Assembly: GCA_020696385.1 (NCBI GenBank)
Contig: JAEHCQ010000003.1
Coordinates: 185,674-249,673 of the forward strand
Direction: 5' to 3'
Length of the DNA stretch: 64,000 nucleotides
Source: Methanobacteriota archaeon
GTDB taxonomy: Archaea > Thermoplasmatota > Thermoplasmata > SG8-5 > JAGLSY01
Shown piece after piece: positions 1 to 9,600 of the stretch. The position numbers and the translations under genes are program-made. Within the stretch, counting starts at the first letter, position 1. Each line of letters starts with the position of its first letter. The notes beneath the pieces were generated by a model. That model ran no database searches. It saw only the letters and a program-made list of their open reading frames with translations, and was not told the origin of the DNA.

Positions 1-3000
1 CTGGCAATATCCAGCCAGACCATATCAGACTCCTTCATATTCTATCAGCAGAATGTCACGATAAGCGCCATGATACGTAATAATGGAGAGGGCGATCTGA
101 CCAATGTCAAGGCCATGATGTACATCGATGGGGATGAAATACCACAGAGCGATCGCACTATATCGTTCATTGCTGGCAATGGCGGTACTGTAAAGGTATC
201 ATACAATTGGCAAGCAAACCTTGTGGGAACCCATATCATCAAATGGAGAGTGGATCCGAACAATATTATTAAGGAGACCAATGAGAACAATAATGAGGTC
301 TCGGACTACCTGAGCACGGGCGAACTTATCGTGGAGTTCAGGATATTGATAATCGATGATGATGATAGTTTCAACAATGGAGGATCTGAATTCGATGAGA
401 CCTCTGTCATAAAACAAGCCATGGATGATCTGGGATACATATACGAGAATCATACTGTAAATGCCACACTGAATGTTAATGGCCCAGATAAAGAGGTATT
501 GGATGATTACAGCGCGGTCATTTGGGTCACTGGCAATGCCATCATGAACACACTGACATCTATTGACGAGGAAAATATCAAGGACTACATGAAGAACCAT
601 AATGGTAGGTTCTGGCTTGTAGGAGCCAATTGTATCGGTGATAATGTGACCTCGGGATTCGAGGACACGATCTTCGGAATACAGGACATAGAGGATGATG
701 AAGCACTTCCCTCAATACTAGATGGAGTGCTGGATGACCCAATCACCCACGGCATGGAGCTTCAAATAACAGATAGTGGGAATGCGGATACATTAACGCC
801 CATGACGGGAGCATATGGCATTCTGGATAACGATGGTGATGATGAATATTACGGAGTAAGATACTTCTCCAATTCATCCTCCTCATATAGTGTTGTTATG
901 ACGATGTCCTTGATGGACATAGATGGTAATGCATCTGGATACATTGAAGACAATGATGCCAGAACAGAGCTTGTGTACATGATATTCCACTGGTTCGAAA
1001 AACCAGACCAGAGAACGGAACTGAGGATCACCAACACAGACCTCACTGTATCGAATGAACATCCAATATTGGGAGACGCATACATCATTCAAGCCACTGT
1101 ACACAATGCAGGTAATACAGAAGGTAATGCATTAGTTAGATTCATGGATGGGAGTACCCAGATAGGTTCTGATTCCATCAGTATAAGCCCGGATGATACA
1201 ACGACAGCCGAGGTTATTTGGAGACCGCTCTTCGCAGGCAACAGGAACCTGACCATCATGGTCGATCCGATCTCTGAAGTGGATGAGGTATTCGAGTGGT
1301 TCAATAACAATATCACCTTGCCTATCTATGTTTACTTCTTCTGGGATGATATGGAATCCAGATCTGAAACTCTGAGCAAATGGGACCATTATTCCACGGT
1401 CGTCAATATCAATGGAGAGAATCCAATAGACTTCTTCACCACGACCACGACCATGGAAACAGATGTGATCTACAATTGGTCAGATGCAGAATCCTATGGT
1501 GTGGATGTAGTTACAGATGAGTTCCACACCTATGATACCTCCTTCTTCATGGAAGAACCCATGGGGCCTTTTGGAGAGCCTTCTGATCTTTTAATAGCAA
1601 TTATACTAGATAATTCACCTTCAATGACAGACAGGTCTTTCGGTAATAGGACATACCTTGAGATCGCCCAGGATGCTGCAGCAGGAATGGTTAATGGATT
1701 CAGCGATGAATCAGCAGTCGGAGTCTATGATTTCAAGGGTGCGAATGAGAATATCCTTATTGGCATAACTTCACTCGCAGGTACTGGAAGGCAGACGGTC
1801 ATAGATGCTATCTACGATAATCTGGATCAGGGTAATACGAACACTGCGATATGGGACACAATAGGCATGGGCTATGATGCTGTGAATGCCGCAAAGGCAC
1901 TATATCCAGATAATTACGCAGCAGTTGTTTCACTCGGTGATGGGGCGGATTACCAGGCCGCAGACAGTTCGGCTTACAAATTGCAAAGCATAGAATCTGG
2001 AAGTGATGAATGGGCCCCATGGGGAGACATGCTCCCTCAATTGGGTTATCCTGAACAAAACTACCCCGATCATGAGGGAAAATATTGGTTCTTTGAGGAT
2101 ACACTCCCAGGCATATGGGAGACTGCTGGTAGTGGAGCCTACAAACCAGATAGAAAGGGATTGCTAAATTCAGACATACCTATCTACACCGTGGGTCTCG
2201 CTTTAGAGCACTATAATACACCTTATGAGTCAGAGATACCTGCATACCCTGGTGACGGAACACAGGATACAAGCACTCACGTCATAAATACAGAGTCTGG
2301 AACAGTAGAATACAATTTCTGGAGAATAGCCAACACTTCCAATGCAGAGTACTTCTATTCAGAGGATGGCTCGGATCTCGAAGATATATTCACAACCATC
2401 GGCCAGATAATCGGAGCCAAGGGTTTCAATCAGACCAGAGCAGTGGATGATCCAAATGTGGATAAGCGAGCGGTGACCGAGACCTTTAATCTAACAGGTG
2501 TCGAGAGCGCGAAGCTCAGCTTCTGGCATAAATACAATCTTATCCAGGGAGGAAATGGAGCCTTCCTGCAGGTCGCATACAAGGATGACGCTATCGACGG
2601 AAATGGTGATGGTGATCCGGCCAATGATTGGGATTACAAGTACGTGGTCCCACCAGGACAGTATTCTGGCGGATTGTATTACAATTACAATGTATCCGAT
2701 GATTTCAGTACCACGATCAAATGGTGCTGGAATGGCCTGAGCGGAGGTGGTGCATTCACATGGGATTATGTCAATCTGGACATATCGGATTATATTCCCG
2801 AAGGTTACAGGGATGAGGTTCGAGTGGTGTTCAATTACACCCAGTTCGGCGGAGGTATGGGTGATGGATGGTGGATAGATGATGTCCAGCTGAAGGTATC
2901 CAGATATGATGATATATCTCCAACCACACACAAGGATGTGTGGGATCTCGTAAACATGACAGATCTGGGAATGAGCGCCAACAGTGGTGATCATTGCTGG

Positions 3001-3429
3001 GCCAACTTCGATCCATATGATAGTAATTCCACGAAAGGTGGTATAGACAATTCACTTCAGACAATGCCAATCGACCTGACCGGTGCCAGGAATGCTTATC
3101 TTTCCGCCTATATCAAGTTCAATCTCAATACAGATGATGGTTCACCACCGGATGGCTTCAGGGTGGAGGTCTCCACCAATGGAGGCATGACCTGGAATGC
3201 CATTAATAATGGAGCGAGAACGGTCAGTGGTACGATGGATTGGATGCAGATCGGCGATCTTACCGAGATAAACGTGGATCTGACCAATTACCGTGGCCAC
3301 CAGATAGTGATAAGGTTCAGAGTGACCACAACCTCCGATATCACATATGATCATTATGATGATATCAATGCAGATGGAGGATTCTTCGTGGATGATGTCC
3401 AGATCAAGGGTGAATCCATCCACGGGTGA
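1..3429 (+). CDS. Large cell-surface/secreted protein with CARDB domains, a VWA domain and C-terminal beta-sandwich domains (5'-truncated by window edge)
   Basis: Frame is open from base 1. CARDB motifs (VDPNNIIKETNENNN; VDPISEVDEVFEWFNNN); VWA MIDAS motif ILDNSPSM...T...LGDG; GWWIDDV/GFFVDDV beta-sandwich ends. Confidence 0.8.
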   Translation: MAISSQTISDSFIFYQQNVTISAMIRNNGEGDLTNVKAMMYIDGDEIPQSDRTISFIAGNGGTVKVSYNWQANLVGTHIIKWRVDPNNIIKETNENNNEVSDYLSTGELIVEFRILIIDDDDSFNNGGSEFDETSVIKQAMDDLGYIYENHTVNATLNVNGPDKEVLDDYSAVIWVTGNAIMNTLTSIDEENIKDYMKNHNGRFWLVGANCIGDNVTSGFEDTIFGIQDIEDDEALPSILDGVLDDPITHGMELQITDSGNADTLTPMTGAYGILDNDGDDEYYGVRYFSNSSSSYSVVMTMSLMDIDGNASGYIEDNDARTELVYMIFHWFEKPDQRTELRITNTDLTVSNEHPILGDAYIIQATVHNAGNTEGNALVRFMDGSTQIGSDSISISPDDTTTAEVIWRPLFAGNRNLTIMVDPISEVDEVFEWFNNNITLPIYVYFFWDDMESRSETLSKWDHYSTVVNINGENPIDFFTTTTTMETDVIYNWSDAESYGVDVVTDEFHTYDTSFFMEEPMGPFGEPSDLLIAIILDNSPSMTDRSFGNRTYLEIAQDAAAGMVNGFSDESAVGVYDFKGANENILIGITSLAGTGRQTVIDAIYDNLDQGNTNTAIWDTIGMGYDAVNAAKALYPDNYAAVVSLGDGADYQAADSSAYKLQSIESGSDEWAPWGDMLPQLGYPEQNYPDHEGKYWFFEDTLPGIWETAGSGAYKPDRKGLLNSDIPIYTVGLALEHYNTPYESEIPAYPGDGTQDTSTHVINTESGTVEYNFWRIANTSNAEYFYSEDGSDLEDIFTTIGQIIGAKGFNQTRAVDDPNVDKRAVTETFNLTGVESAKLSFWHKYNLIQGGNGAFLQVAYKDDAIDGNGDGDPANDWDYKYVVPPGQYSGGLYYNYNVSDDFSTTIKWCWNGLSGGGAFTWDYVNLDISDYIPEGYRDEVRVVFNYTQFGGGMGDGWWIDDVQLKVSRYDDISPTTHKDVWDLVNMTDLGMSANSGDHCWANFDPYDSNSTKGGIDNSLQTMPIDLTGARNAYLSAYIKFNLNTDDGSPPDGFRVEVSTNGGMTWNAINNGARTVSGTMDWMQIGDLTEINVDLTNYRGHQIVIRFRVTTTSDITYDHYDDINADGGFFVDDVQIKGESIHG

Positions 3430-3444
3430 TAGGTTGGAAATGGA

Positions 3445-6400
3445 ATGAAAAGTAACTACCATGCCCAAATAGTGATAGCATTATTACTGCTCTCCAGCCT
3501 TGGGTTTGTTCCTGTCAGTGGCACATATCAGTCAGATATTGAAGTGATGGATATCGGGACAAGAAGTGTCAGCTATCTTTCCTATCATGGTTACGATGCA
3601 ACAATGAGTATTCTCAATGACATGGTCAGAGAAAATCCGAATATAGCAAGCCTGCACGACCTGGGGGATACTTCCCAGGGCAGGGACATCATGGCCGTCA
3701 AGGTCTCGGATGATGTGGGAACCGATGATGATACCGAGCCAGATATTCTTTACATGGGTGCTCATCATGGTAATGAGCCCATTTCCGCCGAGGTCCCTCT
3801 GTACATACTGGACTATCTGCTTTCCAATTATGAGAGCAATGGCACCATCAGAAGATGGATCGACACAACCGAGATCTGGTTCATCCCAATGGTAAACCCG
3901 GATGGAATAGAAGCTGGCACCAGGAAGAATGCCAATGGCACAGGTGTTGATCTGAACAGGAATTATGATCAAAACTGGGGCACGGAGGGGACAAGCAATG
4001 ATCCAGATAGCAATGTTTACTGCGGCGAGTACCCGTTCTCCGAGCCCGAGACAAAGGCAATACGTGAACTGGCACTTGATAGACAGTTCACTCTTTCCAT
4101 GTCATTCCACAGTTATGGAGAGGTCATTTACTATCCATGGGGCAATTCGATAGATACTGTATCTCCGCAAAAAGACCTGCTGGAGAATATCGGTTCAGAG
4201 ATAGGTGAAAGGAATGGATACATGCCCACGGAGGCAAATATGGATGGGACCTATATCACATCCGGAGATAGTGATGACTGGCTGTATTCCATAGGCACAT
4301 TGCCCTTCACCGTCGAGCTTTCGACAGTGTACGCACCACCAGAACATGAGATACAGGACATCTGTGAAAAAAATCTTGAATCTTCCCTGTATCTGTTGGA
4401 TATCGCGAATGAGCCAGAAGCATCCATGGAGGATGACTGGACCTTCATGGTCTACATGGCAGGAGACAATTCACTGAGCTCCGAAGCCCTAAAAGACCTC
4501 AATGAGATGGAGGTCGGGGGCTCGACCCAGGATGTCAATATAATTACATTATTCGATGGTGCCACCGTAGGAGATTCAAAGATATTTCAGGTCACCAAAG
4601 ACCCAAACGGCTACAATGCCGCCATAACCAGCCAGGTGATTGACGACCTGGGGGCTGTCATAAGTCCAGCCACCAATGAGGTGAATATGAGCTCTCACCT
4701 CGTTCTCGAGGACTTTATCGACTGGACAATGGACAATTATCCAGCCCGGAACAATGCTTTGATCATCTGGGATCATGGAGATGGATTGTTCGGTGGGTTG
4801 GCCAGGGATGGAACTTATTGGATGCCTACATGGGATATGAGGCAGACACTTATCGGGCATCATTTCGACATCATAGGCATGGATCTATGCTGGCATGGGA
4901 ACCTGGAGACCGCTTATGAACTGGTTGGTCTCGCCGACATTTTTATCGGATCCATAGCGGAGGAACCATCTGAAGGCTGGGATTATTCAGCGATCAGTGA
5001 ATTCCTGGCTACTAATCCCAATTCAGATGCGATAGTGTTTGCCAGTGAGATAATTGATAGTTACCAGGAATCGACCATCGGGATACCCTGGGCGACCCTG
5101 TCCGCAATTGACCTATATCTGTTGGAAGAGGACGTGATGCCACATCTGGACGCCCTCTCAATAAGATTACGAGACCTGATGTACAATGAACAATCCAGCA
5201 TCAGGGGGGCGAGATCCCTTTGCTCGGTCTTTGATGTGAATAGACAGCATTTCGTGGATCTTGGAGAATTCCTGGATAATCTACTGGCCGCTGATACATC
5301 TACAGCATTGGAGGAATATGCCATATCTTCAAGGATCTTTCTGGAAAGAGCTGTCATAAACAGCTGTTCGGGCATCGCTTACCCTAACATAGCGGGCATG
5401 GGCATCTACCTGCCAGAGCAGATATATGATAATCGTTACAGCACGATGTTCCAATTCTCGAATTCAAATTGGGTGGATTTCCTCCCGGTCTTCAGAGCCC
5501 CCCTCCAGACACCGGTGATCGAACATGACATTGAAGTGGATGTTATGGGATCATCTGGCTCGATAGATTTCAATGTGACAGTGATAGATGATAACCTGGA
5601 TACGGATGAATTATTCATCAATTATCGTCTTGGAAGCGGGAGCTGGGAGAAAGAAGATCTGGTAGGATCTGGAAGCTCCTATTATGCGAGTATTTCCAGC
5701 TTGGGAGTCTATGAGGTCGAATATTATTTCTCGGCCACGGACTTGACTGGCAATACCATCACATATCCCTATGGCATTAATCTGGGAAATACAGAATATC
5801 TATCATACGAGATGGCAGATAGACCCGCACTGGCCATCAATTCCATTGAGCATTCCCCCATAGATGATACACTTCCTGGAGACAATTTCACTATAAGGAT
5901 CCAGATAGAGAATCAGGGCAATGTGTATTTTGGTGGTGTCCGTGTGATCCTTTACCAGATGGAGGGAAATGGCAACATGACATTCATTGATGACCATACC
6001 CAGTCAATGCCAGCAGGGGAAATGGCCAATGCCACGTTCAACTGGGTTGCAGAAGCCGGGAACCATACCCTATTGATGGAATTGACATACAATGGAGAAA
6101 GCCTCGATAATATCACTATCGAGGCACAAATAGCTGATTCAGATAGTGGCCAGTTCATCACAGAAGAGGAGCTTGAGGACGAACTGAACAGCCTCTGGCT
6201 CGGAGTAATTGTGATGGTCGCTGGAGCCACATTGGTCTCCATGGGAGCCCTGATAATGGGCAAGCGTAACATAAAGAGGAAGAAGAAAGCACTGGCCTTC
6301 AAGGCGGTGGACAATGCCACGTATTATGTTAACAGCTTCGCGGATTTCGGATCAGACATCAGTTTGGCTTCCTGGAAACTGGAAAAAGCCAGGAAAGCCA

Positions 6401-6507
6401 TAGATGAAGAAAAGTATGACACGGCCTACCGCCTGTCGATCGAGGCAAAGAGATCGGTAGAGCCCGTTGAAAATGAAGGCGTGGATACAGATAATGGAGG
6501 AATTTAA
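3445..6507 (+). CDS. Membrane-anchored M14 zinc carboxypeptidase - clostripain (C11) fusion
   Basis: Signal peptide; M14 motifs GAHHGNE, RKN, DLNRNY, SFHSYG, FTVEL; C11 motifs WTFMVYMAGDNSL, IWDHGDG, GMDLCW; CARDB-like domain and C-terminal TM helix. Confidence 0.85.
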   Translation: MKSNYHAQIVIALLLLSSLGFVPVSGTYQSDIEVMDIGTRSVSYLSYHGYDATMSILNDMVRENPNIASLHDLGDTSQGRDIMAVKVSDDVGTDDDTEPDILYMGAHHGNEPISAEVPLYILDYLLSNYESNGTIRRWIDTTEIWFIPMVNPDGIEAGTRKNANGTGVDLNRNYDQNWGTEGTSNDPDSNVYCGEYPFSEPETKAIRELALDRQFTLSMSFHSYGEVIYYPWGNSIDTVSPQKDLLENIGSEIGERNGYMPTEANMDGTYITSGDSDDWLYSIGTLPFTVELSTVYAPPEHEIQDICEKNLESSLYLLDIANEPEASMEDDWTFMVYMAGDNSLSSEALKDLNEMEVGGSTQDVNIITLFDGATVGDSKIFQVTKDPNGYNAAITSQVIDDLGAVISPATNEVNMSSHLVLEDFIDWTMDNYPARNNALIIWDHGDGLFGGLARDGTYWMPTWDMRQTLIGHHFDIIGMDLCWHGNLETAYELVGLADIFIGSIAEEPSEGWDYSAISEFLATNPNSDAIVFASEIIDSYQESTIGIPWATLSAIDLYLLEEDVMPHLDALSIRLRDLMYNEQSSIRGARSLCSVFDVNRQHFVDLGEFLDNLLAADTSTALEEYAISSRIFLERAVINSCSGIAYPNIAGMGIYLPEQIYDNRYSTMFQFSNSNWVDFLPVFRAPLQTPVIEHDIEVDVMGSSGSIDFNVTVIDDNLDTDELFINYRLGSGSWEKEDLVGSGSSYYASISSLGVYEVEYYFSATDLTGNTITYPYGINLGNTEYLSYEMADRPALAINSIEHSPIDDTLPGDNFTIRIQIENQGNVYFGGVRVILYQMEGNGNMTFIDDHTQSMPAGEMANATFNWVAEAGNHTLLMELTYNGESLDNITIEAQIADSDSGQFITEEELEDELNSLWLGVIVMVAGATLVSMGALIMGKRNIKRKKKALAFKAVDNATYYVNSFADFGSDISLASWKLEKARKAIDEEKYDTAYRLSIEAKRSVEPVENEGVDTDNGGI

Positions 6508-6671
6508 TTGCCATATGGTTACATTGGTTCTATTTATGCCATACTTAATACTACTGTTAATATTACTAATAACCTATATATACAATTAATGTTTACTATA
6601 AGTAATAACACACCAAACATAAATTCTCTAATTATAAATATAGATTTAGAGAAAATACCGATCGGGGTGAC

Positions 6672-9600
6672 TTGATGAGAAGGGGAACGAACAATAGTGT
6701 GAATTTCGCAGGAAAATGTATGAGCATCATCATCGTATGGTGCATGGTCTTGAGTGGCTTCATGGGCCTGTTCATGGTCAATGTGGGAACAGCCAGTCAG
6801 ATCAATCCAAACACGATCAGCGTGGATCTGATTGTCGACTCAGGTGACTTTGTAATAGAGAGTTTCCCAGGCGACCCTTGGATCTATGATCTTGATGGTA
6901 ATCTGACTATCAGTGGCGCAAACTCATTGATATTGAAGAACTCGACATTGAATATACTTCAATTAGGTGCGTACAGTCTGGATGTTTCAGTTGGTGGAAC
7001 CATTGAAATGATCAATTCCACGATCACTACAGAAGACCTCCAGTATATCGATGCCAGTTTTATTACAAATTCGAATTTGATAATGGATGACAACTCTGCC
7101 CTTCTTTTCCCAGGCAACTTATCCTTTGATGCATCATCTGTTGATATTAAGAATTCTCAGATAATTAGCCCAGCCATATATTTTGACACTTGTACAGATG
7201 TGAGTATTGCGGACTCTGAAATAGAGGTTCCAGCAAATGCAAATGGCTCATTCAATCTGGACAATACAGAAATGTCAATTATCAACACAGATATAAATCT
7301 GGATTACACCACAGATAACAGTACCAATCACCAGATGAACCTAACAGCAGGTTCATTTGTATATGCCTACAATATGACTGTAGGAGACCTTACAGAATCG
7401 ATTTTCATCTTTGATGACGCTGTCTCTGAAGTTTACTACTACAAATGGGCAGATTTCTCGGTTGTTGACTCGAACAATAACCCGATAGATGGAGCGGAAG
7501 TCAGCTATGATTTCCACCACACAGATGCAGCAGCCATCACTTATGTGGACAGTATGAATGATCTGGCATTAGCTCCACATGCAAATGCAGATGCCAGGAT
7601 GATCGATTATCTTAACAGTATGTCGCCAGACATAATCACCTCTGCAAACTATGATGAGACCAACAGTGACGGAATGGCCATGATCCCTCTCTTCACTACC
7701 CTCCACTCACAGGCAGAGCAGGCAATAGATGTCGATGGTCATCACTATGGAGAATACGATGCAGATATCACATACATGGCAGCAACTGGCAGTACCTATG
7801 TTGACTTTTCACCTTACCCGAACATTGAATGGATGGACAATACAGTCGAAACCCCACCAGTCCAGCTAACAGCCATCACACTAGTTAGGCCGGATCTCAC
7901 ACTCGCAACAAGTGATATCACCTTCACACCAGCAACCGGCATCATGATCGGTGACTCGGTCGAGATAAATGTCACAATAGAGAATGTGGAGATCACAAAT
8001 GCATTGGATGTCTTTGTCCAAGTATTTGATTATGACGATGTCTCTGGAATTCCAACCGAGATATACAATACGACCATACCTTCCATACCTGGAAACGGAG
8101 ATGTTTACTTCCTGGTCGACTGGAACAATATACAGGTCGGTGGATGGCATGACATCATGGTGGTCATAGATTACAATAATTCAATAATAGAAGAAGAAGA
8201 GCTCAATAATACAGCTATTGCTTCAATTTATATAACCCCAGACCTGCCAGAATTGTCTATCGAAACAGCTAATATCGGCTTCTCACAGGAGAACATCTCC
8301 TTTGATAATGAGATCACGATAAGCGCCAGGGTGCTCAATAATGGAACATTGAACTGGACCATCGTGATAGTATCCTTCTATGAAGATAACCCAGATATGA
8401 ATGGGGACGGAATATTGGATATCGATGCTGGAGACAATTTCATAGCATCAAGCGTCATTGGAATAATAGAACCCAATATCCTGGTAGAGACTTCAGTACC
8501 ATGGACACCATCGGTCGATGGCACATACACGGTATATGTCTGGGTTGATCCAAGCAACAATATCCCCGAATTCTATGAAGATAATAATCTGGCTTCCAGA
8601 GATGTCATCATAACACCAAAACCAAACCCAACAATAACAAACCTGGGATTCGATGATGAGACACCGATGACAGGACAAACAGTTGTAATATCACTGGACC
8701 TGATCAACACAGGTAATATAGACGCAACAGGAAATATCACAGTAGAATTCTTCGATTATGACCTGAATGGAGTCCTGATCGGACAGATCGGAACAGCACA
8801 TATGAAAAGAGACCTGAACATGAGCGAGACCTTCCTGATCCAACAGAACTGGATACCCGTGAACATTAATTACCACACCATTGAGGTCATCATAACCTCG
8901 GATGCGGATGTTGATGAAGGCGATCTCACAGACAATGAATTCTACATTGACATTCTGGTATATGATGGGGGTGTCTTCGATCTTATAGTCAATGACGCAT
9001 TGCCACCATTATCAGCAGGTGACCTTGAGATAATAGGACATTATGGACAGGATGGATATGTTCTCGTTGAGGAAAATGGAATATTGACAATCGATGCATC
9101 CACTTTTGACATGAAACTGGAGAGGTCCTATCAATACAATATCATAGTCAAGGACAATGGAACATTGAACATTATGGATACAATATTCTGGACACAGAAC
9201 AACTTCATGGACTTGCACATAATGGATAATGCAGTTGTCAATGTGGCAGGAACAAGCTTGCCAGATCAATTGAACATAATCGCAGGTGACTCTTCGCAGA
9301 TCACATTCCACAATTCACAAGTTAGAGGTGTGTTCAGTGTACCGGATTCGGATGCAAATGTAAGTCTGGTGGTAGAGAACTGTACATTCAGTAAGCCAAT
9401 AACACAATTCGGTGGAACATCTGTTGCTCATCTGACAGCTTTGACCATGGCCATACCATCCATCCAAGCACAAGACACAGCAGATATCAAGATATACAGG
9501 TGGTTGGAAGTTGAGGTCATCGATGTAAATGATTATCCAATACCCGGCGCAATGGTCGACCTGGATTATCAGGTAGGTAATGCACTTCAGCCAGGTCTTC

